DNA of 64,000 bases from Candidatus Kapaibacterium sp. (GCA_044350705.1 JBILHA010000001.1:177809-241808); one strand, 5' to 3'. Shown: positions 9,423 through 21,311, counted from the first letter of the stretch. The notes: generated by a model from the sequence alone, not told the origin. Program-made: numbers and translations.

Positions 9423-10646
9423 ATGATCAAACGAATCTCTTGGATGTTCGGTTTTTTTGTTGTCGCTATTCTGTTGCTCTTGGGCATAGCGTCATGGTTC
9501 TTTTTACGTCCTCAAGAAGTACCTGAGCTTACTGCTGCCCAGCCTGCGGTGCGATCCTTGGTTGAAGATATGCTTGCCGCTCGTAAGGCGGAGCTTCTCT
9601 CCGCGCCTGATGATGTTTTCGGCAGTGAAGAGGAGATTAATATTCTCACGTTGGGTATTGATTCAAGAAAAGAAGGTACAGGGCAGCATTGTGATGCGAT
9701 TCATTTGGTTACCTTGAATATTGAAGAATGGACGATACGTATCACCTCTGTTCCTCGAGGAACGTATGCGGCACTTCCTGGGGGTGGAAAATATCAAGAC
9801 ACGGATTACTATATTGCGAATGCCTGCGCTTTTGGTGGTTTAGAGTATGGTATTGCGCAAATTGAGAAAATTACTGGAGTGAAGGCGGATTATGTTGCTA
9901 CGGTAGGATTTTCTCAGGCGCTTGGCATTTTCCGTACGATCGGTTTGCCTACGACGGAAACGTTGCAATGGCTTCGTCATCGTCAAAGTTACGCGATTGG
10001 AGATCCGCAGCGGAGCCAAAATCAGGCGACCTTTATGAAGGATGTCGCTCTTCAGCTTCTTGAAGGCGATGGGATTTCTACGCCACTTCTCTACATTCTT
10101 TATACCTTTATTGATACCGACCTCACGTTTGATCAGGTGCATTCGCTGTATCTTGCGTATCTTGCTTCGGGCATTGATGAACAACCTGAGCGTATTTCCT
10201 TTGACATGAAGCCGCATTACGATACCGAAATTTATCATTTTGATGCGTTGAATGCCGACGAGCAAATAGATACGCTTCTTGAGCATTTGCAGGGTCGATT
10301 GTCAGAAGAAGATTTATCGAACAAGTCTCTTGCAGAAATTCAGCGGGTGCTGATTGATTACCTTTACGACATGCTCGGAAGTAAAGAGCAGATTGCGCAG
10401 GTGTATCGTGATCAACTTTGGAGACAAGTGGAAGATGCGGCAATTCGGGAAGAGCTTCACTATCGTTTTTTGGAAAAATATGTTCGAGAAGTGAAAAATA
10501 CTGACCGAGAGGCCGCTGTGCAGGTGGTCACGGATTATGTACTCGAGATGCAATTTTTTGGACTTGAAGAGTGGGAGGCCCGTGGAAAGAACATCATGCG
10601 TACGCTTGTTGACGAGGAAGTTCCTTTGTCTTCTTCGGGAGAATAG
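9423..10646 (+). CDS. LCP (LytR-CpsA-Psr) family protein with a C-terminal extension
   Basis: N-terminal TM helix; INILTLGIDSR, DAI, SVPRGTY, LRHR...GDPQRSQNQ. Confidence 0.75.
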   Translation: MIKRISWMFGFFVVAILLLLGIASWFFLRPQEVPELTAAQPAVRSLVEDMLAARKAELLSAPDDVFGSEEEINILTLGIDSRKEGTGQHCDAIHLVTLNIEEWTIRITSVPRGTYAALPGGGKYQDTDYYIANACAFGGLEYGIAQIEKITGVKADYVATVGFSQALGIFRTIGLPTTETLQWLRHRQSYAIGDPQRSQNQATFMKDVALQLLEGDGISTPLLYILYTFIDTDLTFDQVHSLYLAYLASGIDEQPERISFDMKPHYDTEIYHFDALNADEQIDTLLEHLQGRLSEEDLSNKSLAEIQRVLIDYLYDMLGSKEQIAQVYRDQLWRQVEDAAIREELHYRFLEKYVREVKNTDREAAVQVVTDYVLEMQFFGLEEWEARGKNIMRTLVDEEVPLSSSGE

Positions 10647-10673
10647 CGCGTAGCTCCGGTCCCTTCTTTTTAC

Positions 10674-10702
10674 TTGCGAATCTTTGCGCTCCCGGCTATA
10701 CT
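10674..10702 (+). promoter_or_regulatory. Sigma70-type promoter of the atp operon
   Basis: TTGCGA-N17-TATACT, with the ATG 8 nt downstream. Confidence 0.6.
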
Positions 10703-10710
10703 TTCGCCAT

Positions 10711-10908
10711 ATGTTTTCTTGGCGTTTTCGCCTTGTTGCCATAGGAACCACCCTTCTTTGTGCGGGCATTGCTTTTCTTGGGACGTTTTTTTTCCTTGGA
10801 AGATCTCTTGCCCCTTCTTGGCCATATTTTTTGAGTATGGTCGTATCTGCCCTTGTTACGCAAATTATCCTTGTTTTTCTCATGCCTCGCATTGTTCGAG
10901 GGAAGTAA
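10711..10908 (+). CDS. Small 2-TM protein at the head of the atp operon (AtpI/AtpZ-like position)
   Basis: Two hydrophobic helices; stop is 3 nt before atpB; directly follows the promoter. Confidence 0.55.
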   Translation: MFSWRFRLVAIGTTLLCAGIAFLGTFFFLGRSLAPSWPYFLSMVVSALVTQIILVFLMPRIVRGK

Positions 10909-10911
10909 TTT

Positions 10912-11697
10912 ATGATTGACGTCGTTCTTGCTCCACGCGAGTACGTTACCTGGGGACCTTTCATGATTACTGATGCCAATCTTGGAGCACTTATTTCCAC
11001 GTTTCTTCTCGTGCTTCTTGTTGCGTTTGGCATGAAGAAATTTACGTTGGTACCTACGCGTTTGCAGGTTATTGTGGAAGGTGCGATTGATGTGGTGTAT
11101 AGCCGATTGCTTTCTGCATTTGGTAATGATAAGGATGTTCGTTCGTTTTTACCGCTGTTCGTTTCGTTGCTCTTTTTTATTTTTGTTGCGAATCAGCTCA
11201 CGCTCATGCCGTTCATGTTTGATATTTTGTGGGGTGATGCGGCGCTTGTTCGTCAACCGACATCAGATTTATCTGGTACGATCGTTCTTGCTGCGCTTGT
11301 AGTGATTACTGCGAATATTTTGTCATTTCGTGCATCACCGTGGGGACATGCCCGTACGTTTTTTCCTCTTGATACCTTATTTCGTGCGCGATCATTTGGT
11401 GCATTTTTCCAAGCGTGTATCGATGTTGCACTTGGTCTTCTTAATATCATTGGTGAAATTGCAAAGGTTATTTCACTTTCTTGCCGTTTGTTTGGAAATA
11501 TTTTTGCAGGAAATGTTATCGTTCTTGTTTTGGCGGGCATTACCGCGTTTACGGGATACATTGTCCCCATTCCATTTCTCGTATTGAGTATCTTTTCTGG
11601 CCTTGTGCAGGCCTACGTATTTACTGCACTTTCTATGGAATTTACGCTTGGTCCTGTGCTTGGTGCGCGTGCGTATCGTGAGGCGGTGAAAAACTAA
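10912..11697 (+). CDS. atpB: F0F1 ATP synthase subunit a
   Basis: P.RLQ, FIFVAN, PTSDLS and SLSCRLFGNIFAG (essential Arg); VQAYVFT. Confidence 0.93.
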   Translation: MIDVVLAPREYVTWGPFMITDANLGALISTFLLVLLVAFGMKKFTLVPTRLQVIVEGAIDVVYSRLLSAFGNDKDVRSFLPLFVSLLFFIFVANQLTLMPFMFDILWGDAALVRQPTSDLSGTIVLAALVVITANILSFRASPWGHARTFFPLDTLFRARSFGAFFQACIDVALGLLNIIGEIAKVISLSCRLFGNIFAGNVIVLVLAGITAFTGYIVPIPFLVLSIFSGLVQAYVFTALSMEFTLGPVLGARAYREAVKN

Positions 11698-11757
11698 TTT
11701 GCATTTTTTCACAAAGCCTTCATACTATATTCGTCTTAAAATTATTTTTTCCATTTT

Positions 11758-11988
11758 ATGGATGCAGAAGCAGCACGTTACATGGCAGCAGGTCTTTGTA
11801 TGGGTATTGGTTCTATCGCACCAGCACTTGCCGAAGGTTTTGTTGCAGGAAAGGCAATGGAATCCATCGGTCGTAATCCAGAGGTAAGCGATAAAATCAC
11901 CCCAACCATGATTACCGCAATGGCAATTTGTGAATCTACGGGTATTTACGCACTTATCATCTCTCTTCTTATTCTCTTCGTCGCGTAA
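11758..11988 (+). CDS. atpE: F0F1 ATP synthase subunit c with a Na+-type motif
   Basis: GRNP loop; PALAEG and ESTGIY. Confidence 0.95.
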   Translation: MDAEAARYMAAGLCMGIGSIAPALAEGFVAGKAMESIGRNPEVSDKITPTMITAMAICESTGIYALIISLLILFVA

Positions 11989-12005
11989 GCGAATTTTGCC
12001 AAGGT

Positions 12006-12503
12006 ATGGAAGCTTCGGGTATTGCAAAGCTCGGCATTAACTGGCAGAGCATGCTGCTCTACTTCGTGAACTTTGGCGTTCTCTTTTTCGTGCTCAGGCA
12101 CTTTTTAGGAAAAAAGGTGCTCGTTCTTTTGGATGAACGGAGAAATCGTATTGCCGAGAGCGTTGAAGCCGCGGATCGTTTAAAGAAAGAGGTTGAGCAA
12201 GAGCGTGGTCGATTGGCCGAGGAAATGCACGAGCTTCGTACGCAGTTTGCATATGAGACTTTGCAAATGCGCAAAGGCTTGGAAGAAGAGCGGGCAAAGG
12301 CACTTGCACATGTAGAAGAGTACCGCGCACAAGCGCTTGCCCAGGTTGAGGCAGAGGCAAAAAGTGTTCGCGCGCGCATGTTTTCCGATATGCAAGAGGA
12401 AATTCGTTCCGTTGTTGCTGAAATGACCTTGCGTATTCTTGGAGATCGTATTTCTTCAGAGGATATTGATCGAGCTGCACATAATTCGCGGAAGTCGGTA
12501 TGA
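12006..12503 (+). CDS. atpF: F0F1 ATP synthase subunit b
   Basis: LGINW...VNFGVLFFVL...LDERR..I followed by a coiled coil. Confidence 0.88.
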   Translation: MEASGIAKLGINWQSMLLYFVNFGVLFFVLRHFLGKKVLVLLDERRNRIAESVEAADRLKKEVEQERGRLAEEMHELRTQFAYETLQMRKGLEEERAKALAHVEEYRAQALAQVEAEAKSVRARMFSDMQEEIRSVVAEMTLRILGDRISSEDIDRAAHNSRKSV

Positions 12504-12994
12504 TGACTGATGTTTTTTGCGCCTATTTGCTCGATACATGGAATAATTCCTCGTCTGTTGAGCGAGATCCTCTTTTCCTTTCTGTTCTTGCGGGGAGGAT
12601 GTCTTTTGGGGCTGCGATCAAAAAGGCGAGATTTCGCTCTCATGAATTCGTATTGCTTTTTGCAAGTTTTCTTGAACGGCCCGATCTTGCTGAAAGAAAA
12701 GCTTACCCGCTTTTTTTCCAGGCACTTGATCGCGTTGCTCGTGTTACTCAGGCTGATGAACGGAAGAGGATTCATTGGGATCGTGAATGCCTTTTGTTTG
12801 CTCAGGCATTGGGAAGGTCGGTTACTCGGTTGCAAGTTGCATCTTCTGCGCAGGCACCGTCTTATTCATTTGGGACATTTGTGCGTGTGTATCGACAGCT
12901 TTTAGGAGGTTCGCGTACGTTTCATCATAGCTCGCTTCTTGATGCGAGTTGGATAGGTCGTGTACGTGCATTCACTCAACGAATTACGTTCTAG
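12500..12994 (+). CDS. Hypothetical protein in the delta (atpH) slot
   Basis: ATGA overlap with atpF and stop 1 nt before the atpA ATG; only a vague resemblance to delta at the C-terminus (LLGG). Confidence 0.55.
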   Translation: MMTDVFCAYLLDTWNNSSSVERDPLFLSVLAGRMSFGAAIKKARFRSHEFVLLFASFLERPDLAERKAYPLFFQALDRVARVTQADERKRIHWDRECLLFAQALGRSVTRLQVASSAQAPSYSFGTFVRVYRQLLGGSRTFHHSSLLDASWIGRVRAFTQRITF

Positions 12995-12995
12995 T

Positions 12996-14502
12996 ATGGA
13001 TATTTCCCCCCAAAAAATTAGTGAAGCATTCGCTCAGGCGCTTGCCCGTGATACGGCCGAGCAGCAGGTAGATCGTGTTGGTGTTGTCGAAACCATGAAA
13101 GATGGTGTTGCGCGCATTGTCGGTATTTCCGGTGTGGTAATGGGCGAGGTGCTTGAAGTACACGATGGCGCCCCTGTTCGTCTTTTGGCCATGGATATTG
13201 ATACTGAAGGGGTATATGCCCTTGTTCTTGATACCGCGCAAGAGGTTCGCGAAGGTACTGCGGTCCGTGCTACGGGTGAGCGTCTTTCGCTTCCGGTTGG
13301 CGATGCGTTGTTTGGTCGAGTTGTTGATCCGCTCGGTCGTCCGCTTGATGGGCTCGGGGAGGTGAAAACTGCTCAGCGTGGATTTTTGGAATCTCCTGCT
13401 CCTTCGGTTATGGAGCGAAAGAGCGTGCACGAGCCTTTGCAAACTGGAATTTTGGCTATTGATGCCATGATCCCTATTGGTCGTGGTCAGCGTGAGTTGA
13501 TTATCGGTGATAGAAAAACGGGAAAATCGAGTGTTGCATTTTCTACCATTCTTGAACAAAAGAAAGCGGGTGTTTTCTGTATTTATGTAGCTGTTGGTCA
13601 GCGCGAAGCTGCGGTTGCTGAGTTCGTTGAGCGTCTTCGTCAAACGGGTGCTCTGTCGTATACGGCGGTTATTTCCGCGAGTGCATCTGCTCCGGCGACG
13701 TTGCAGTATCTTGCGCCGTACGCAGGTGCCGCTCTTGGCGAATACATTATGCGTTCCGGTCGTCATGCAGTAGTTATTTATGACGATCTTTCCAAGCATG
13801 CGGTTGCGTACCGTGAAGTTTCGCTTCTTTTGCGCCGTCCGCCAGGACGTGAGGCATATCCTGGAGATGTTTTCTTCTTGCATTCGCGGCTTTTGGAGCG
13901 CGCTGCAAAGCTCTCTGATGAGTTGGGTGGAGGATCTCTCACTGCGCTTCCGATCATTGAAACTCAAGCAGGCGACGTTTCTGCTTACATTCCTACGAAC
14001 GTCATCTCTATCACCGATGGTCAGATCTTCCTTGATCGAAGTTTGTTTAATTCGGGTATTCTTCCCGCGATCAACATTGGTATTTCGGTTTCTCGTGTGG
14101 GAGGTGCCGCGCAAACAAATCTCATGAAGAAGGTTTCCGGATCTTCAAAGCTTGAATTGGCGCAGTATTACGAATTGGCGGCATTCTCTCAATTCGCGAG
14201 TGAGCTTGATGATAGTGCTCAGCAGCAGCTTCGTCGCGGAGAGCGTGTGGTAGAGGTTCTGAAGCAAGGCGCTGATCAGCGATATGCGGTTTGGGAGGGT
14301 TCACTCTTGTTGTACGCGGTTTCTCAGGGTTATTTTGATTCTATTCCTCGTGGAGATGTGCTCCGTGTAAAGGACGCGTTCCTTTTGCAAGTTGCTCGCA
14401 GTGAGAAAGATCTTGTTGATCGACTTGAAACGCAGCCGGTCTTGAATGATGAAGTAAAATCTCGATTTGCCGAACTCTTGAAGAAGTATCCGGCGCAGTC
14501 GT

Positions 14503-14516
<14 letters not shown>
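12996..14516 (+). CDS. atpA: F0F1 ATP synthase subunit alpha
   Basis: GRGQRELIIGDRKTGKS, PPGREAYPGDVF, VISITDGQ. Confidence 0.97.
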
Positions 14517-16798
<2,282 letters not shown>

Positions 16799-16801
16799 CG
16801 T

Positions 16802-17215
16802 ATGCGTTGCGAGCTTATTACTCCTTCAGCTTCGTTCGAGCGCACGTTTACGGACGTGCGTTCGGTCCGAGGTGCTTCACAAACCGGAGCGCTAGAAATT
16901 TTTTCCGGTCACGTGCCTTTTTATGCAACGGGGAACGCTTCGCCTTTGCATGTTCTTCAGCAAGATGGGCGTGAGGAAATTTTCCTTCTCCTTCGTCCGA
17001 CATATCGGGTCTGGCAAGATGAACAGGGGGAGACGGTGGTTACGGTGGCTGCACAACAGGCTTTTTTGCGTGAAGTAGATGTTCACATTTCGTTGCGTAC
17101 GTATGTTGAGCGTTTGCGTGAGATACTTTCTACGCATGAAGCCTCATCGCATGAGAAGATCTTTTTAGAGGAAGAGCTTCTGCTCACTTCAAAACTGGTT
17201 CAGGATGAAAAATAA
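16802..17215 (+). CDS. atpC: F0F1 ATP synthase subunit epsilon (divergent)
   Basis: Last gene of the operon; LITP...GALEIFSGHVP resembles the epsilon N-terminal domain. Confidence 0.7.
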   Translation: MRCELITPSASFERTFTDVRSVRGASQTGALEIFSGHVPFYATGNASPLHVLQQDGREEIFLLLRPTYRVWQDEQGETVVTVAAQQAFLREVDVHISLRTYVERLREILSTHEASSHEKIFLEEELLLTSKLVQDEK

Positions 17216-17251
17216 AAAAATCTCCAGAAATATTTCTGGAGATTTTTTTAT
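17212..17251. terminator. Perfect 40-bp palindrome, bidirectional terminator between atpC and rpmB
   Basis: ATAAAAAAATCTCCAGAAAT|ATTTCTGGAGATTTTTTTAT includes both stop codons. Confidence 0.8.
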
Positions 17252-17478
17252 GCTACGAAAGAGCGGAGATCAACCTTCTTTCCTTCCGCGAGCCACTTGT
17301 TGAGGGTGCGGAGTGCACGACCGGTTACCAATACCTTCATTGCCTTTCCTGTTGCAGGATTGATGACCGTTTTCTTTTGCAGATTCGGCATCTGGCGGCG
17401 CTTGGTTTTGCGGTTGGAGTGCGAAACGTTGTTTCCAACGAGGGGCTTCTTGCCCGTAATTGCACAAACTTTAGCCAT
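17248..17478 (-). CDS. rpmB: 50S ribosomal protein L28
   Basis: [34 protein letters not shown]. Confidence 0.96.
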   Translation of the reverse strand: MAKVCAITGKKPLVGNNVSHSNRKTKRRQMPNLQKKTVINPATGKAMKVLVTGRALRTLNKWLAEGKKVDLRSFVA

Positions 17479-17680
17479 AAGAGAAAACTTTTTTATTTTG
17501 TCTCTTTCCGGCATGCTCCTTGAAAGTTTCGACGGCGTACGAAATAGTACGTCTTGACGATTCTTTCGGCGTCGCGAGCCGAAAATAGCTTAAAATAAAG
17601 AAAGTTTTTAAAATTAAGAACGCAAATACTGTATCTTATCTGGGAAAATTTGGCAAGTAAACAGGGTATACTATCCCCAT

Positions 17681-19042
17681 ATGCGTTCTTCGTTTGTAGG
17701 GAGGGAGGGGGATGGGCTCGCGCACGTTGTTGCGGTGAGTATGGGATACGGGCACGAGCGTGCGGCTTTTGGCCTTCGGCATTTGGCGAAAGGAAAGGTA
17801 GTTCTTGCGAATGCGTACGAGGGTATTCCTCAGGGGGATCATTTTCTTTGGCATGAGGGAAGAAGGTGGTATGAACGTATCTCCCGGTTTAAGAAGGTGC
17901 CGATGATGGGGAAATGGGTCTTTGGCGCCATGGATCACTTGCAGCGCATTGATGACTTTTATCCTCGGAGAGACTTATCTGAGCCTACGCTTCAGTTGAG
18001 GCAGACGTATGGTCTTTTGCGGGGCAAGGGATGGGGAAGGCATCTGGTCGAGCAACTTGCAAAGGATCGGAAGCCGCTCGTCTCTACATTTATGACCCCT
18101 GCATTTGCGGCGGAAGAATTCGGGTATCCCGAAGATATTTATCTGGTTACTTGCGATGCTGATGTTAGTCGTGGATGGGCTCCCTTACGGCCCCAAAAAA
18201 GTCGTATCCAGTATATTGCTCCTACGGGAAGAGTTGCAGAGCGCTTACAGCTTTACGGAGTTCCTAAGAGGAATATTCATCTTACGGGCTTTCCTCTTCC
18301 TCCGGAAAATATTGGCGGTCAAGATCCGAAGACCCTTTTGCAGGATCTTAATCGTCGACTTTGTCTTCTTGATTCGCAAGGAGTCTTCGCGCAATGGGCA
18401 TCTCCTATGCTTGCCGCTTCGCTTGGAGAAGGATTTTGTGAGTGGCCACGGAAGCGGGCTACCCCGCTCCATGTAGCTTTTGCAGTTGGTGGTGCTGGCG
18501 CACAGGTTGATCTTGGTATCGCGCTCCTTCGTTCGCTTGCAAAAGATATCCATGCAGGGCGGGTGGTTCTCACGCTTATTGCTGGAACGCTTGAGCATAT
18601 TGGTAAACAATTTCTTGATGCAGTTCGTGCTGCTGATCTCGATCGGGCGCTTCAGACCGGAGGCGTTGTGGTCCTGTGCGAGCGCGAACGACATGTATAT
18701 TTTACTGCTTTTGGAGATACGATGAGGAAAGTTGACGTACTTATCACGAAGCCTTCCGAACTTTCGTTTTATGTTGGTTTGGGCATTCCGCTTATTATGA
18801 CCGAGCCGGTGGGAAGTCAGGAATTGTTTAATCGATCGTGGCTCTTTCAAGTGGGCGCGGGAGCGGATATGCTTGATCCCCATTTTGCGCATGAATGGCT
18901 GTGGGACTGGGTTGCTTCGGGCGCGTTAGCGCGTATGGCATGGATGGGATTTATGAATGCTCCCACGCATGGTGCATACCGTATTGAAGATCTTATTCGA
19001 GGAAAAACGGCAACTATGCACCCTTTGCCACTTATTGTGTAA
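17681..19042 (+). CDS. GT-B-fold glycosyltransferase-like protein (MGDG-synthase-like)
   Basis: MGYGHERAA, TGFPLP, VGGAG, ITKPSEL, P.GSQE..N. Confidence 0.6.
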   Translation: MRSSFVGREGDGLAHVVAVSMGYGHERAAFGLRHLAKGKVVLANAYEGIPQGDHFLWHEGRRWYERISRFKKVPMMGKWVFGAMDHLQRIDDFYPRRDLSEPTLQLRQTYGLLRGKGWGRHLVEQLAKDRKPLVSTFMTPAFAAEEFGYPEDIYLVTCDADVSRGWAPLRPQKSRIQYIAPTGRVAERLQLYGVPKRNIHLTGFPLPPENIGGQDPKTLLQDLNRRLCLLDSQGVFAQWASPMLAASLGEGFCEWPRKRATPLHVAFAVGGAGAQVDLGIALLRSLAKDIHAGRVVLTLIAGTLEHIGKQFLDAVRAADLDRALQTGGVVVLCERERHVYFTAFGDTMRKVDVLITKPSELSFYVGLGIPLIMTEPVGSQELFNRSWLFQVGAGADMLDPHFAHEWLWDWVASGALARMAWMGFMNAPTHGAYRIEDLIRGKTATMHPLPLIV

Positions 19043-19071
19043 GATAGGAACTCTTGTATAACACATGTCTT

Positions 19072-19743
19072 ATGAAACTCACTCCTTCCCAGCAGCGTCT
19101 TCTTCTGAATCTTCAAAAACGTAAAGAGCGTGAGCGTTTGGGTTTATGTATCGTGGAAGGAGAAAAGTTTGTGCATGATGTAAAGGAATTTGTAGAATTT
19201 TCTTTTACTGATCGTGATACGCCCATTTTTAGAGAAATTATTACGACGGAAAATCCTCAGCGGAGTGCGGCTGTGGCGCGTATTCCAAAGTGGACCATGG
19301 AGGACGTTCTTGCCCGTTCCACCGTTCTCGTTCTTGATGCGGTGCAAGATCCAGGAAACGTAGGAACACTTTTGCGCCTTGCTTTGGGATTTGATGCGGG
19401 CATCATTCTTGTTGAGTCTGCGGAAGTATCAAATCCTAAGACGGTTCGTGCTTCAGCGGGCGCTCTATTTTATGCACCGTGGGTGACGGTGGGGCGAGAA
19501 GAAATAGAGGATGTTCTTCAGGACGCCGAGCGGCCGTTATATCGTCTCGAGTTGAAAAAAGGTGCAATTTCTCCAGAACAACTTCCTGAAGGGCAGCTTG
19601 TTCTCGTGGTCGGGAGTGAGGGGAAGGGTATTCGTATTGGCGCGCGAGGCACGTCGGTTGCCGTTCGTCACCATCCTCGTCTTGAATCTCTTAACGTCGC
19701 AGTGGCAACGGGGATTGTGTTACATGCGCGCTATCATGCTTAG
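19072..19743 (+). CDS. TrmH/SpoU-family RNA 2'-O-methyltransferase
   Basis: QDPGNVGTLLR, GSEGKG, ESLNVAVA. Confidence 0.92.
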   Translation: MKLTPSQQRLLLNLQKRKERERLGLCIVEGEKFVHDVKEFVEFSFTDRDTPIFREIITTENPQRSAAVARIPKWTMEDVLARSTVLVLDAVQDPGNVGTLLRLALGFDAGIILVESAEVSNPKTVRASAGALFYAPWVTVGREEIEDVLQDAERPLYRLELKKGAISPEQLPEGQLVLVVGSEGKGIRIGARGTSVAVRHHPRLESLNVAVATGIVLHARYHA

Positions 19744-19746
19744 TCT

Positions 19747-20925
19747 ATGTTTTCTGTTCTCTCCCAACATGGCGACGCACGTACCGGGGTACTTTTAACG
19801 CAGTCAGGCGCTATTGAAACGCCGGTATTCATGCCTATTGCTACTGCTGGCGCAGTGAAGACGCTGACGGCTGACGAGGTAAAGAGTTTGGGTGCGTCGG
19901 TCATTCTTGGGAACACGTATCATCTCCTTCTTCGTCCTGGCGTTGAGATGCTTCGCAGGGTTGGGGGCATGAAGTCGCTCATGGGCTGGCATGGTCCGAT
20001 GCTTACCGATAGCGGAGGGTATCAGGTGTTTAGTTTGGCAACGCTTAATGCGACAGATGAAGAAGGGGTGACGTTTCAGTCGCATCTTGATGGAGCTTCG
20101 ATTCGTTTGACGCCAGAGATTTCGATGGATGTTCAAGCGGCGATTGGGTCTGATATTCGCATGCAATTCGATGATGTAGCCGCAGGAACCTCGCCACGAC
20201 AGCGATATCAGGAGGCGATGGAGCGATCCTTGCGCTGGGCACGGGGATCAAAGGAGGCGTTTGAGAAGATTCTTGAGCAAGAGGGGAAGGGCTTTGATGA
20301 GTTTTCTGGTCGTCCGCTGTTGTTTGGCATAGTGCAGGGAGGAACGCACGAAGATTTGCGTCATTCTTCTGCGGTAGGACTTCGAGACATTGGTTTTGAC
20401 GGGTATGCAATCGGCGGGCTCTCTGTTGGCGAGCAGCGAGAAGATGCGTTTCGGATTGCCAAGCGAACGGTGTGGGATTTACCGGTTGAGCAGCCGCGTT
20501 ATTTTATGGGAGGAGGCATGCCTGAGGAGATTGTGTATTACGTTTCGGTGGGCGTTGATATGTTTGATTGTGTACTTCCGACGCGTAATGCACGTCATGG
20601 ACAGCTGTTTGTGTGGAAAGGGGAGCCTGAAGGATGTGTTCGGGAAGCATTTCATCGTGCGCAAGAAGGTGCCGCAGATACGCGCATCGCTGAGGCGCTT
20701 TATGAGAAAATCAATATTACCAATGAACGGTTTACCGCGGATCTCGCTCCGATCGATTCGTATAGTGATATGCCGACATCGCTTCATTTTTCACGCGCGT
20801 ATTTGCGACATCTCTTCCGTACCGGCGAAGTACTCGGTCTTCGTTTAGCTACTGCGCAAAATATTCGGTTTTATATCCGCATGATGGAGGAGCTTCGAAA
20901 GGTTATTCGAGAAGGGGGAGCGTAA
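19747..20925 (+). CDS. tgt: tRNA-guanine transglycosylase
   Basis: ETPVFMP, NTYHL, TDSGGYQVFSL, GIVQGG, GGLSVGE, DMFDCVLPTRNARHG. Confidence 0.95.
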   Translation: MFSVLSQHGDARTGVLLTQSGAIETPVFMPIATAGAVKTLTADEVKSLGASVILGNTYHLLLRPGVEMLRRVGGMKSLMGWHGPMLTDSGGYQVFSLATLNATDEEGVTFQSHLDGASIRLTPEISMDVQAAIGSDIRMQFDDVAAGTSPRQRYQEAMERSLRWARGSKEAFEKILEQEGKGFDEFSGRPLLFGIVQGGTHEDLRHSSAVGLRDIGFDGYAIGGLSVGEQREDAFRIAKRTVWDLPVEQPRYFMGGGMPEEIVYYVSVGVDMFDCVLPTRNARHGQLFVWKGEPEGCVREAFHRAQEGAADTRIAEALYEKINITNERFTADLAPIDSYSDMPTSLHFSRAYLRHLFRTGEVLGLRLATAQNIRFYIRMMEELRKVIREGGA

Positions 20926-20927
20926 GA

Positions 20928-21311
20928 ATGCTATACTTCCCGCATATGGCAATGGGGGAAGTGTTAGGCGCGGTGGGAATAACGGCGGTTAAAGATGTCG
21001 TTCTGTTTCCATTATGGTGGTACACCAAGGGCATCGTGTACATGCTTGATAAGCTTTGGCTCTCTGCGCGACGGCAGTCGGCGAATTTTGCAGTCGGTAT
21101 TTGGATTAAGAATCTTTTTGTTCCCATGTACGGTCAATACGATTGGCAGGGGCGTATTATTAGTTTTGTAGTGCGTTTAGTGCAGATTATTGTGCGGTCG
21201 ATCGCGTATAGTATTTGGCTTATGATCCTTGCTCTTCTTGCGGTTGTGTATTTAGTTATTCCGCTCATTTTCATAGGAGGAGTTGTTTTTCATGCTGATC
21301 TTGCCGTATGA
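20928..21311 (+). CDS. Small hypothetical membrane protein coupled to the Clp ATPase
   Basis: WWYT.G...KNLFVP...GRIISFVVR; ATGA overlap with the next gene. Confidence 0.75.
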   Translation: MLYFPHMAMGEVLGAVGITAVKDVVLFPLWWYTKGIVYMLDKLWLSARRQSANFAVGIWIKNLFVPMYGQYDWQGRIISFVVRLVQIIVRSIAYSIWLMILALLAVVYLVIPLIFIGGVVFHADLAV

